The notes: a model not told the origin generated them from the sequence alone. A stretch of DNA of 64,000 bases from Synechococcus sp. (GCA_047285805.1 JBJBCN010000002.1:608001-672000), one strand, 5' to 3'; numbered from the stretch's first letter, positions 11,855 to 21,525 are shown. Translations and numbers: made by a program.

Positions 11855-12151
11855 TCAGCTCTGGGGGCTCAGCCCTTCGAGTTGTCGACGCACATCCTCG
11901 ATCGCTTGGTTCAGCTGTTGGACCTTGTCCTGGAGCTCATGCTCACGGACGACCGGACTATCGCTGTTGGGGTCGAAGACCTGATCGTCGTGGTCGGCCA
12001 GACGACTCAGGCGCAGGCTGCGTTGCTGCCGGGTCTGCTGTTGTTTCCGATCGGCTTCGGAATAGAGCCACCAGGCAAACCCGGCGGCACCGATCACTGC
12101 ACCAACCAAGAGGGTGCCCAGAGATCCGGAACCGCCATCTCGGTTTGACAT
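11855..12151 (-). CDS. Hypothetical membrane-anchored coiled-coil protein
   Basis: N-terminal TM segment (LLVGAVIGAAGFAWW) and C-terminal coiled coil. Confidence 0.75.
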   Translation of the reverse strand: MSNRDGGSGSLGTLLVGAVIGAAGFAWWLYSEADRKQQQTRQQRSLRLSRLADHDDQVFDPNSDSPVVREHELQDKVQQLNQAIEDVRRQLEGLSPQS

Positions 12152-12175
12152 TGCTGCAGAGCGCTCGAATGGACC

Positions 12176-12847
12176 TCAGCCTACGAAGCCTGACTGCGGC
12201 TTGCCATAGAGACGGTCACCCGCGTCACCCAATCCGGGAACGATCCGCAGCTGGTCGTCCAATTGAGCGTCGATGCAGCCGGTGTAGATCGTCAGATCGC
12301 TGTAGCGCTCACCCAGGGTTTTCAATCCAGGACTGGCGGCAAGAGCTGAAATCACACGGACCCGCTGACCTCTGACCCCTTTGCTCTCCAGCTGCTCGAG
12401 CGCATTTAGAAGCGTGCCGGCGCTGGCCACCATGGGGTCGAAGACCAGAACACCTGCATTGGCCGGGATGGATTCGGGCAAGCCGTTGAAGTAACAGCGG
12501 CAGCGGCCACTGGTCTCGTCCCGCTGCAGGCCCATATGGGCCACGGTGGCACTCGGAATAACGTTTTTGGCCCCGTCCCACAGCCCCAGGCCTGCCCTCA
12601 AGATCGGCACCGCCAGCAAGGGAATGGAGCCATCCACGACGATTCCTTCAGTCTGGGCGAGGGGTGTGGTCACCTGGATCCGCTGGTAGGGAATCCAGTC
12701 CCGCGTGGCCTCGTAGGTCAACCAACGCCCCAATTCGGCCATTGCCGTAGCAAACAAAGGTTGCGGGGTCTCCGCGTCACGGAGCAGGGTCAGCCAGTGG
12801 CCAATCAGGGGATGGGGCGGCACCACCACACGCAGGGTCTTGCTCAT
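12176..12847 (-). CDS. upp: Uracil phosphoribosyltransferase
   Basis: HPLIGHWLT, VPILRAGLG, IVPGLGDAGDRLYG; ATG at 12847. Confidence 0.93.
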   Translation of the reverse strand: MSKTLRVVVPPHPLIGHWLTLLRDAETPQPLFATAMAELGRWLTYEATRDWIPYQRIQVTTPLAQTEGIVVDGSIPLLAVPILRAGLGLWDGAKNVIPSATVAHMGLQRDETSGRCRCYFNGLPESIPANAGVLVFDPMVASAGTLLNALEQLESKGVRGQRVRVISALAASPGLKTLGERYSDLTIYTGCIDAQLDDQLRIVPGLGDAGDRLYGKPQSGFVG

Positions 12848-12902
12848 CGGTCGCGCTCCGGTGTCCGCCTGCAATAACTTGATCGCCCAAGTTAAAGCTG
12901 CA

Positions 12903-13418
12903 GTGCGGAACCTCGTCGCCAGATGGCTGAGCTCCATCGCCATTGTTATGGCACTCCACCTGACGCTCTTGTTGCCAGCTCCTGAGCCGGCATTTGCAAT
13001 CACGGCTCCCGAATTGCGTGGGCAACGCAGTGCTCAAGATCTCCAACCGGACATGCATGGCCGAAACCTTCAGCAGCAAGAGTTCCTGAAGGCCTCAATG
13101 GAGGGATTTGACCTCAGCGAGACCGACCTACGCGGAGCGGTCTTCAACACCGCCAATCTCCAAAACGCGAACCTTTCTGCGGCCGATCTGGAGGACGCCG
13201 TGGCCTTCGCCACGCGTTTCGACAGCGCTGATCTAAGCGGTGCTGTCTTCCGCAACGCCATGTTGATGAACAGTAAGTTCACTGGCGCACAGATCGAGGG
13301 AACCGACTTCACCGATGCGGTCCTCGACCTACCCCAGCAAAAAGCGTTGTGTGCCCGGGCTAGTGGCATTAACCCACGCACCGGTGTTGAGACTCGCGAA
13401 AGCCTGGCCTGTCGCTGA
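12903..13418 (+). CDS. Pentapeptide repeat protein, probably exported
   Basis: Signal-like N-terminus, A(D/N)LXX repeats, C-terminal Cys pair; start uncertain. Confidence 0.88.
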   Translation: MRNLVARWLSSIAIVMALHLTLLLPAPEPAFAITAPELRGQRSAQDLQPDMHGRNLQQQEFLKASMEGFDLSETDLRGAVFNTANLQNANLSAADLEDAVAFATRFDSADLSGAVFRNAMLMNSKFTGAQIEGTDFTDAVLDLPQQKALCARASGINPRTGVETRESLACR

Positions 13419-13439
13419 TCAGCTATTAGTCTCAGGGCT

Positions 13440-13558
13440 CCGGTTCTTCGGGGGATCAGCCCGGAGAGGAAACGGGGAAAGTCCGGTGTAATTCCGGCGC
13501 TGTCCCGCAGCTGTGAAGAATCCTGCCTCAGGGATTCCAGTCAGAACGCCCGCCGGTG
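13440..13558 (+). promoter_or_regulatory. Cobalamin (B12) riboswitch
   Basis: GGTTC...AAACGGGGAAAGTCCGGTGTAATTCCGGCGCTGTCCCGCAGCTGTGA...AGTCAGAACGCCCGCC matches the B12-element core; upstream of hupE-cobW. Confidence 0.9.
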
Positions 13559-13593
13559 AAAACCCCACTTTCTGGCGCGGACCAGTTCTGTTG

Positions 13594-14175
13594 ATGTTGA
13601 AGCATTTTGGAGCGGCTGCACTCCTTGTGACCGCTGGCCCTGCCCTGGCCCACCACCCGATGGAATCCCTCGCGTTAGAACCGTCGGCAGTCAGCGGCCT
13701 TCTCAGTGGCCTGGCCCACCCGCTTCTAGGGCCCGATCACCTTCTCTTCCTGTTGGCACTGGCTCTGGTCGGTCTGAAGCGCTCCATGGGCTGGACCCTG
13801 GGCCTACTGGCCGTTGGTCTGGCGTCTAGTGCGGTCGGTCTTTGGCTCCCGGGTCTGCCCGCTGCCGAGGCCTTGGTTTCACTCTCGCTGGTGCTGGAAG
13901 GCCTGGTGATTGCCCGACGCCTCCCGACCCTGACGTTGATCCCCGCCTTTGCGCTCCACGGCTACGTCCTAAGTGCATCGGTGATTGGTTGGGAGTCCAC
14001 TCCCATCGCCTTCTATCTATTGGGGTTGCTGCTCAGCCAGGCCCTCTTGCTGGCGGCTTCCCTAGTGGCTCTGCACCGTCTGACTCTTGATCTGCAACCC
14101 GCCACGAAGATCGCCCTCGCTGGTGTGCTTGGGGGCATTGGTGCGGCCTTTACCTGGACGGCCCTCGTCGCCTGA
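13594..14175 (+). CDS. hupE: HupE/UreJ family Co/Ni transporter
   Basis: ALAHH signal, GLAHPLLGPDHL, FALHGY. Confidence 0.88.
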   Translation: MLKHFGAAALLVTAGPALAHHPMESLALEPSAVSGLLSGLAHPLLGPDHLLFLLALALVGLKRSMGWTLGLLAVGLASSAVGLWLPGLPAAEALVSLSLVLEGLVIARRLPTLTLIPAFALHGYVLSASVIGWESTPIAFYLLGLLLSQALLLAASLVALHRLTLDLQPATKIALAGVLGGIGAAFTWTALVA

Positions 14176-14177
14176 TC

Positions 14178-15215
14178 ATGATCACGGAACCTGCCTCACG
14201 CCTTCCGGTCACAGTGGTGACGGGGTTCCTGGGCGCCGGTAAATCCACTCTTCTGCGTCAGCTGCTTCTCTCGAGTGGCCTGCGCATCGCCGTTCTGGTG
14301 AACGAGTTCGGTGAAGTTGGCATCGATGGTGATTTGATCCGCAGCTGCGGCTTTTGCCCCGAGGAGGAGCTAGACGGCCGCGTCGTGGAACTGGCCAATG
14401 GCTGCCTCTGCTGCACCGTCCAGGACGAGTTCCTTCCGGTGATGCAGCAGCTCCTCCAGCGGTCCGATCAACTGGATGGAATCGTCGTCGAAACCAGCGG
14501 TCTAGCCTTGCCTCTTCCGTTGGTCCAGGCCTTTCGCTGGCCTGAGATCCGAACCCGAACCCGTGTTACCGGCGTGGTGACCGTGGTCGATGGTGAAGCC
14601 CTCAGCAGCGGCAGTGTTGTTGCCGACCCGGCGGCCCTCGAGGCCCAGCGTAAGGCCGATCCCAGCCTGGATCACCTCAGTGACATCAACTCCCTCTTTG
14701 AGGATCAACTGGGCGCCGCCGATCTAGTGCTGATCAGCCGGGCGGATTGCCTGAATGAGGTGGAGATTCAAGCCTTGAAAAGCCGCTTATGCGCGCAGCT
14801 CCGCCAGGGGGTCTCGGTCTTGCCTATGGCGCGGGGCAATGTTCCTGCTGCGCTGCTCATGGGCCTCGATCGTCCTGAAGAAAACGAGCATCATCACGAT
14901 CATCACGACCACAGCCATGTGGCGATGGAGTCGGCGTCGCTGAACTGGGAAGGGACCACCAGCAAGGCGCATTTAGAAACACTGCTCCCAGAGCTGATCG
15001 CCACGCACCGTTTGCTAAGGCTCAAGGGTCGGGCCTGGCTGCCTGGCAAGAGCCATCCCCTTCAGATCCAAGCGGTGGGGCCCAGGCTGGAGTGTTGGTT
15101 TGACAGCAACTCCCGTTTGGACCGTCCCAGCACCGACGGGCTAGAACTTGTTGCGCTCGGCTTGTCCCTCGATGCATCTGGGATTCAGGAGCAATTGAAG
15201 GGCGGCTTGGCTTAA
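14178..15215 (+). CDS. cobW: CobW / COG0523 metallochaperone GTPase
   Basis: TGFLGAGKST, NEFG, NGCLCC, His-rich linker. Confidence 0.92.
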   Translation: MITEPASRLPVTVVTGFLGAGKSTLLRQLLLSSGLRIAVLVNEFGEVGIDGDLIRSCGFCPEEELDGRVVELANGCLCCTVQDEFLPVMQQLLQRSDQLDGIVVETSGLALPLPLVQAFRWPEIRTRTRVTGVVTVVDGEALSSGSVVADPAALEAQRKADPSLDHLSDINSLFEDQLGAADLVLISRADCLNEVEIQALKSRLCAQLRQGVSVLPMARGNVPAALLMGLDRPEENEHHHDHHDHSHVAMESASLNWEGTTSKAHLETLLPELIATHRLLRLKGRAWLPGKSHPLQIQAVGPRLECWFDSNSRLDRPSTDGLELVALGLSLDASGIQEQLKGGLA

Positions 15216-15542
15216 TCCAGCGGCAGGTTTCCCCTGGTGCAGACCATGTCCCAGAAGAGAGCCTGTTGTCTGGTCCAGCCTGGAAAAACCTCTCGCGGGT
15301 CCCCGAACGCCTCTTGGAGTTCGATGGATCCCCGTCCGTAATGGCGGAAATCAAAGCGGCGCTATCCCACCTGGAGCCACCAGTGCTCCACGATGCGCTC
15401 AACGGTCATGGTGCACGGATGCCATCGCCAGGCAGGCATCGAGCTGGCATTCCAGAGGTACGGAGAAGGGTTCACGGGCTTGGGCAGTCGCTTGTGCAGC
15501 CCAAGCCATGGAGGCCAGCCTGAACATTGGCAAGGGATTCAT
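15212..15542 (-). pseudogene. Disrupted hypothetical secreted protein gene
   Basis: N-part ...PFSVPLECQLD shifts frame near 15430 into WHPCTMTVERIVEHWWLQVG*RRFDFRH...WDMVCTRGNLPLD; in-frame TAG at 15362-15364. Confidence 0.65.
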
Positions 15543-15642
15543 TCGGCTCACGGCAACCCTTGGGGCCATCTCCGACCTGTCCAGCCCGAGGATCCCCGTC
15601 GGCCGGCCTGCCAAGATTTAACAAACCCCACCTAAAGCTCAG

Positions 15643-15912
15643 GTGCCCGTCTTCTCTGCCCGTGTGTTGGTCTCCCTGAGGCCCTCCGTGCTCGATCCCG
15701 CTGGTGAAGCCACCCGAGCCGCTGCCTCCCGCCTGGGTGTGGATGGCATTAGCAAGCTGCGCATCGGCAAGGCCATTGAAGTGGAGCTGAATGCTCCCGA
15801 CGCCCAGAGTGCGCGGCAGCAGTTGGAACTCCTCAGTGATCGGCTCCTGGCCAATCCCGTAATCGAGGATTGGGACCTCGAGCTGAAGGACGACTCCAAC
15901 GCAGGAGCCTGA
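15643..15912 (+). CDS. purS: FGAM synthase subunit PurS
   Basis: LRPSVLDPAGEA, LLANPVIE. Confidence 0.95.
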   Translation: MPVFSARVLVSLRPSVLDPAGEATRAAASRLGVDGISKLRIGKAIEVELNAPDAQSARQQLELLSDRLLANPVIEDWDLELKDDSNAGA

Positions 15913-15915
15913 GCC

Positions 15916-16569
15916 ATGACCCTCGGCGTCGTCGTCTTTCCTGGTTCCAACTGTGACCGGGATGTTCAGTGGGCTGCCCAGGGCTGCCTCGGGATAGAAA
16001 CGCGTTTCCTCTGGCATGAGGAACGTGACCTGAGTGGTCTTGATGCGGTGGTGATCCCTGGCGGGTTCAGCTACGGCGACTATCTCCGCTGCGGCGCCAT
16101 CGCCCGCTTTGCCCCGCTTCTAGAGGAGGTGGTCGCGTTTGCCAATCGCGGAGGTCGCGTGCTGGGGATCTGCAACGGCTTCCAGGTCCTAACGGAGATA
16201 GGACTGTTGCCGGGGGCTCTGACCCGCAACGAGAAACTGCACTTCGTCTGCGAACCGACGGATCTGCGGGTTGAACCGGGGCAGTGCAGCTGGCTCCAGG
16301 GCTATAGCAGCGGTGAGGTGGTGAATTTCCCCATCGCCCATGGCGAGGGCCGATACCAGGCAGATCAGGACCAACTCAAAGCCCTTGAGGATCAGGGCCA
16401 AGTGGTTTTGCGTTACTGCCGCAACCCCAATGGTTCCGTGGCGGATGTGGCTGGCCTGACCAATGCTCAGGGCAATGTTCTTGGTCTGATGCCCCACCCG
16501 GAGCGGGCCTGCGACCCAGCCACCGGTGGTGTTGATGGTCGACGCCTGTTGGCCAGCCTATTGGGATGA
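15916..16569 (+). CDS. purQ: FGAM synthase subunit PurQ
   Basis: [33 protein letters not shown]. Confidence 0.97.
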   Translation: MTLGVVVFPGSNCDRDVQWAAQGCLGIETRFLWHEERDLSGLDAVVIPGGFSYGDYLRCGAIARFAPLLEEVVAFANRGGRVLGICNGFQVLTEIGLLPGALTRNEKLHFVCEPTDLRVEPGQCSWLQGYSSGEVVNFPIAHGEGRYQADQDQLKALEDQGQVVLRYCRNPNGSVADVAGLTNAQGNVLGLMPHPERACDPATGGVDGRRLLASLLG

Positions 16570-17533
16570 CCCTGTGGCGGCGCCGTGAGCTCCTGCTTTG
16601 GTCGCTAACGGCCGCCGCTCCTCTCTCTGCCATTGCCAGTTCAGTCGGCGGCCAAGCCAGCCCGGCCCCGCTCAAGTGGGGTGCGCGGATTGCAGCCCTG
16701 GTGCCAGGCACCTGGATGGAGCGCGCTGATCCCATGCTCGAGCAGCTGCGACTCCGCTGTCAGCAGCAGGGCTGGTTTTTGCTGACTCCCCCTGAGCTCA
16801 CCGGTCAGTGGCGCTGGTTTTCCGGGACTGATCAGCAACGCGCTGCTGCACTCCGGCAGGCCTGGCTGGATTCCTCGATCGATGCACTGTTCCTGGTGGG
16901 AGCCGGCTGGGGCAGCGCTCGGGTTCTTGAGAAGGGATGGACGATTCCGCCACGGCCTCTCTGGTGCGTCGGCTTCTCTGACTGTTCAGCACTGCTCCTG
17001 GCTCAGTTGGCGTGGGTAGCTCAGGCGGGATCCATGGCTCGTTTGGTGGTTCCAGGGATCAGTGGCAGCGTCTCGTTGCTCTCCTGATGGGTGCCCCTGT
17101 GCCCTCGCTTGACGGCGTTGGGGTGCGGTCAAGGGTGGCCGAAGGATCGCTAGTGGTGAGCAACCTCAAGATGGTCACGAGCTTGATCGTGACACCCTGG
17201 CTTCCATCTCTCCAGGGAACGGTCTTGGTCCTTGAAGACACCGGTGAGGCGCCATACCGGATCAATCGTCAGCTCACCCAATGGAGAGCGGCTGGCCTTC
17301 TGGATGAGGTCCGGGGAATTGGTTTGGGTCGTTTCTCTTGGGCCGAGGACGATGTCCTATCCGGAGACTTCTCGATGGCCGAGATCCTGGCGGAACGCTT
17401 GGGGAGCTTGGGCCTTCCGATCGTGAAGGATCTGCCCGTTGGCCATGGCCGCCCCAAGCTGGCGCTGCCGCTCGGTGTTCAGGAGCTGCTGGATGGTCGC
17501 ACTGCGGAGCTCAGCTTGTTTCGCGCGGATTGA
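16566..17533 (+). pseudogene. LD-carboxypeptidase (S66) split by a frameshift near 17010
   Basis: GWGSARVL and GFSD in the first frame; LEDTGEAPYRINRQLTQW and LPVGHG in the second frame. Confidence 0.8.
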
Positions 17534-17540
17534 CCAGCAC

Positions 17541-17564
17541 AAAAAAAGGGACCCTTAGGTCCCT
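17541..17564 (-). terminator. Intrinsic terminator after the peroxiredoxin gene
   Basis: Minus strand AGGGACC-TAA-GGGTCCCT followed by a T tract. Confidence 0.75.
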
Positions 17565-17586
17565 AGATCAATGTTCAAAGCGCAGC

Positions 17587-18177
17587 TCAGTTGACGGCAG
17601 CGAAGAACTCTTTGCTCTTCACGGGGTCAGGGTTCATGGTCTTCTCGCCGGGGGTCCAGTTGGCGGGGCAGACCTCGTCGGGGTGGTTGCGGATGTGCTG
17701 GAAAGCCTGCAGCAGGCGCAGGGTCTCATCAACACTACGGCCGACGGGCAGGTTGTTGATGGTGCTCTGCATGATCACACCATCGGGATCGATGATGAAT
17801 AGGCCGCGCAGGGCCACACCTGCGTCCTCGTCGAGGACTTCGTAGGAGCGGGCGATGTCCTTCTTCAGGTCAGCAACCAGGGGATAGTCGATGTCGCCCA
17901 GGCCACCGTTTTTACGGTCGGTCTGAACCCAAGCCAGGTGGGAGAACTGGCTGTCCACTGACACGCCTAGCACTTCGCAGTTGCGGCTCGAGAACTCGCT
18001 GTAGCGGTCGGAGAAAGCGGTGATCTCCGTCGGGCAAACGAAGGTGAAGTCGAGGGGGTAGAAGAAGAGCACCACGTACTTGCCGCGGTACGAGGAGAGG
18101 GTCACCTCCTTGAATTCCTGATCCACCACAGCAGTGGCGGTGAAATCAGGAGCTTGAAGACCGACGAGCCTCGACAT
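17587..18177 (-). CDS. 2-Cys peroxiredoxin (AhpC/TSA)
   Basis: [13 protein letters not shown] and EVCPANW. Confidence 0.96.
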   Translation of the reverse strand: MSRLVGLQAPDFTATAVVDQEFKEVTLSSYRGKYVVLFFYPLDFTFVCPTEITAFSDRYSEFSSRNCEVLGVSVDSQFSHLAWVQTDRKNGGLGDIDYPLVADLKKDIARSYEVLDEDAGVALRGLFIIDPDGVIMQSTINNLPVGRSVDETLRLLQAFQHIRNHPDEVCPANWTPGEKTMNPDPVKSKEFFAAVN

Positions 18178-18330
18178 AGTCAGTGAGATGAGTGTTGGAG
18201 ACAGGGAATACGAGTTGGATTTTGCTTAATGCGAACCCGAATCGACTTCCAGTTGACACCGCAACAATTTATCACGCTCCAACAGGTGGCGTGCTCCCTC
18301 ATAGGCTGTGGGCACTAAGAACAAGCGCTT

Positions 18331-18639
18331 ATGGCTTGGGATCCCTCGCTACTGCGGAAATACAACACCACTGGTCATTTTCGTCTGCTGAACCAGCTAC
18401 GTGGCGAGCTCAAGGACCAACCGATCCAGCGTCCTCTCTCCACCAGTCGGCCTGAGCCAAGCCGCCGCAACCAAGTTCGTCGCCGCAGCGAATCCGATCA
18501 ACAGGGCGGTGCTTCCCTGCGAGCCACGGAAAATCGCATGCGTCGCCAGCCCGAGCCACAGCAACCCGCCATCGCGAGCTTTGACCCGATTGTGACCGTC
18601 CCCGTTCTGCTGGACGCGTTTCAAGAAACCGATACCTAA
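18331..18639 (+). CDS. Conserved cyanobacterial hypothetical protein
   Basis: MAWDPSLLRKYNTTGHFRLLNQLRGEL N-terminus. Confidence 0.75.
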   Translation: MAWDPSLLRKYNTTGHFRLLNQLRGELKDQPIQRPLSTSRPEPSRRNQVRRRSESDQQGGASLRATENRMRRQPEPQQPAIASFDPIVTVPVLLDAFQETDT

Positions 18640-18719
18640 GTAGCGCCATTGGTCCAAGCCGAGGCGATCGTTACAAAGCCTGTTCTTCCTTCATAAATGG
18701 CAGCTCGCTCAGTTATTGG

Positions 18720-19508
18720 TTGAGTCAGACAGTATCGATCCCCTTGACTGAAGCGACGACCGCGAACGCTCCCCTCAAGATCCTGGTCGCTGACGATGAA
18801 GAAAACATTCGCCGCATCCTGGAAACCCGCTTGGTGATGCTGGGTCACGAGGTCACCCTGGCGGAAAACGGATCCCAGGCCCTCGAGCACTTCCGCGCAT
18901 CCGAGCCTGACGTGGTGGTCTTGGACGTGATGATGCCCGAGCTCGACGGCTTTGCTGTGACCGAACGGATTCGAGCCCAATCAGAGGTGCCGATTATCCT
19001 CTTGACGGCCCTTGGTGATGTGGCTGATCGCATCACGGGCCTTCAGCTGGGTGCTGACGACTACATGGTCAAGCCCTTCAGCCCAAAAGAGCTAGAGGCT
19101 CGAATCCGCTGCGTCATGCGTCGCGTTAGTTCAGTTCAAGCCAATGGTGTTGCTGGACCCGGTCGCACGGCCCATGTGGTTGTTGTCGGTGACCTGAGCA
19201 TCGATTTCAACAAGCGCCAAGCCCACCGCGGTGAGGAGCGGATCCGCTTGACCGGCATGGAGTTCAACCTCCTCGAGCTGCTGATCAGCCGTTCCGGCGA
19301 ACCAATCAGCCGGCTCGACATGCTCGAAAAGGTTTGGGGCTACAAGCCTGAGCGCTCCTCCGACAGTCGGGTTGTAGACGTTCACATCTCCCGTCTGAGG
19401 GCCAAGCTCGAGGACGATCCGGAAAATCCCGAATTGATTCTGACGGCCCGGGGTCTGGGCTACATGTTCCAGCGCATCCCCCAGGCCATGGAGGCCCTCA
19501 GCGCTTAA
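18720..19508 (+). CDS. OmpR-family response regulator, RpaB/SrrA-like paralog
   Basis: ILVADDEENIRRILETRL, LDVMMP, KPFSPKELEARI, RVVDVHISRLR; divergent from canonical RpaB. Confidence 0.88.
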   Translation: MSQTVSIPLTEATTANAPLKILVADDEENIRRILETRLVMLGHEVTLAENGSQALEHFRASEPDVVVLDVMMPELDGFAVTERIRAQSEVPIILLTALGDVADRITGLQLGADDYMVKPFSPKELEARIRCVMRRVSSVQANGVAGPGRTAHVVVVGDLSIDFNKRQAHRGEERIRLTGMEFNLLELLISRSGEPISRLDMLEKVWGYKPERSSDSRVVDVHISRLRAKLEDDPENPELILTARGLGYMFQRIPQAMEALSA

Positions 19509-19677
19509 ATCTCACTTTGTAGGTCACATGGCTGGGCCCGAAGTACTCGATCAGTGCATCTCGTGCGGCGTGATGCAGCTCCTCAAGGTTGCTAGAGCGA
19601 ATCGTCAGGCTGGGTGATTCGCTTTTGGCCTGAAGAGATGTCGGCGTGCTGGCAACGCGAAAGATGATCTCCCGCAT
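19498..19677 (-). CDS. Small HicB-like hypothetical protein (59 aa, below the ORF-track cutoff)
   Basis: Hand translation MREIIFRVASTPTSLQAKSESPSLTIRSSNLEELHHAARDALIEYFGPSHVTYKVRFKR; fills the intergenic gap. Confidence 0.7.
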   Translation of the reverse strand: MREIIFRVASTPTSLQAKSESPSLTIRSSNLEELHHAARDALIEYFGPSHVTYKVRFKR

Positions 19678-19741
19678 CCGTCAATAACCGCAACGTCAAC
19701 TCCATTTTTTCGCTGCTGCTCCGACGGCGTAGTCGCCTGGG

Positions 19742-20392
19742 CTACCCCTGCTTGTGAAGGGAAATGAAGCGATGACAGTGGTCGATTGCTGCTTCCAGGT
19801 TGTCTGCCTCGCTCAGCCCTGATGCTTTGGTGGGCGTGAAGCTGTGGTCCCCGCTTGGCAACCAGGTCAGCTCCACAGACGATGCCAGTGAATAGTTCTG
19901 AACCTCCTCGCGGCGTCCAAAGCTGTCACGTTCGCCCTGCAGGATCAGGCACGGGGACTGCATGACCACGAAATGGTCGGTGCGTAGCGACTGGGGTTTT
20001 CCGGGTGGGTGAAACGGATAGCCAAGGCACAGGCACCCTCGGACGTTCTCAAGGGAGTCGATCAGCAGGCTTGCGACTCGTCCTCCAAGAGACTTCCCGC
20101 CGATGAACACGTTTGCGACGTCGTGGACGCGTTGTTCCCTAATGACCTCCTCGCGGTAGGCATCGAGGAGCTTGGGGAGGCGATCCGGCCCACAACGTCG
20201 ACCCAGCTCCCGGCTTCGTTGCATGTAGGGAAACTCAAAGCGCACCACCCGGACACCGCAGGCTCCCAAACCGCCTGCCATGGTTTCCATCCATCTGCAG
20301 TCCATGGGCGCGCCCGCACCGTGGGCAAGCAACAGTGTGCTCATCGCGGTGGCGGGCCCATTGATCAGCCTCGCTCCTTCGGTTTGGGTCAT
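19742..20392 (-). CDS. Alpha/beta hydrolase family protein
   Basis: LAHGAGAPMD, GGKSLGGR, GYPFHPPGK, GDHSF. Confidence 0.9.
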   Translation of the reverse strand: MTQTEGARLINGPATAMSTLLLAHGAGAPMDCRWMETMAGGLGACGVRVVRFEFPYMQRSRELGRRCGPDRLPKLLDAYREEVIREQRVHDVANVFIGGKSLGGRVASLLIDSLENVRGCLCLGYPFHPPGKPQSLRTDHFVVMQSPCLILQGERDSFGRREEVQNYSLASSVELTWLPSGDHSFTPTKASGLSEADNLEAAIDHCHRFISLHKQG

Positions 20393-20985
20393 AGCGCGAC
20401 AAGTGAGCGAGCGTGTTTCTTCAGAGTCGCAAGACCTGCCGGGCTGTTTTGGATGACCAGGTCGGCCTTCTGCTTCAAGGGACGAATGAAGTCACGTTCC
20501 CCGGGTAACGTCTCAAGAAAGGTCTGGCGAATCACGTACGACAGTGAATGTCCACGTTCACGTCGATCACGCCGTTGCCGGCGCCAGAGCCGCATCGGCA
20601 GTGCGAGATCCATGTAAACCAGCGACCTCAGCAGCGGCTGCCCCAGCAAGACCTGGGGGCCAAAGGCCCCCTCGAGGACAATCAAGTCGTAGGCCTGATT
20701 TAGGGGCTCACGCCAGGCCATGTGGCTGATCATGTCGTAGCGACGCATGCTGTCGGCGTCTTGTCTGCAGAGCTGCTCCAGCTCTGCGAGCAAAGCCCCA
20801 GCGTCAATCCCAGCAGGGGTGTCGTAGCCGTAGAGCGAATCTGGTAACCAGTGGGGCCAGTAGTAGTCGTCACAGGAGAGTGGCAACACACTGATACCGC
20901 AAAGCTTCAGCGACGTTTGCAGCGCATGCGCCATTGTGGTTTTCCCTGCGGCTGAGGGACCGCAGAGGCAGAGCAGAGGAATCAC
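20389..20985 (-). CDS. Uridine kinase-like P-loop kinase
   Basis: GPSAAGKTT, DDYY, LIVLEG, FIRPLKQKADLVI. Confidence 0.8.
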   Translation of the reverse strand: MIPLLCLCGPSAAGKTTMAHALQTSLKLCGISVLPLSCDDYYWPHWLPDSLYGYDTPAGIDAGALLAELEQLCRQDADSMRRYDMISHMAWREPLNQAYDLIVLEGAFGPQVLLGQPLLRSLVYMDLALPMRLWRRQRRDRRERGHSLSYVIRQTFLETLPGERDFIRPLKQKADLVIQNSPAGLATLKKHARSLVAL

Positions 20986-21525
20986 AGCTGCAACAATCCA
21001 GAGAGCACGCTGCTCAGTTGAAACCCCCTGAAATAGCTGATGTCATCCACGACCCAAGTTTCCTTCTGGTCTTTGCTGCATGAGCAGGGAAAGCCGTTGA
21101 GGAGCCTTGGAGAGCCGTCCCCTTAGACCCGTAAACACCGCGACATCGGAGCTGTCAGCATTGCCGCTCACCACAAGCACGTTGTTGGTGGAAACCTGCT
21201 TCCCATTGAAGGGATCGATATCCAGATAGCCACGCCCTTCTCTTGGGTCGAGCTGATAGGCCGAGTTCAGATTTTGGTACAGCTTTGGGCTTAGGAGGGT
21301 CTCGATGGCGTTCAGCTGAGGACTCCCTGGTGTGTCCAGCCGTCCGATTTGCCAGCGATACCGGTTGGTGATGGGCATCTCCATTACTAGTGGACATCTG
21401 CAGGCCAGTGCGCTTGAAGGCGCCAGGGACAAGCACGCCAAAAGGGGCAACGTTGCTAGGAACACTCGCACCCTCCCAGAGTTCGACTGGCCAGACCCTA
21501 GGGGTGTAGTTCGAACAGACAGCAA
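20982..21525 (-). pseudogene. Hypothetical exported protein (DUF3828-like) with a +1 frameshift near 21060
   Basis: YLDIDPFNG motif; the alternative frame gives TWVVDDISYFRGFQLSSVLSGLLQL*, whose TGA overlaps the kinase GTG start. Confidence 0.6.

Noticed and set aside
18226..18246. Possible Fur/PerR box upstream of the peroxiredoxin gene
   Set aside because: Only a partial match with no clear dyad symmetry
18670..18677. GTTACAAA, an HLR1 (RpaB box) half-site upstream of the RpaB-like gene
   Set aside because: Only one half-site; the second direct repeat is missing
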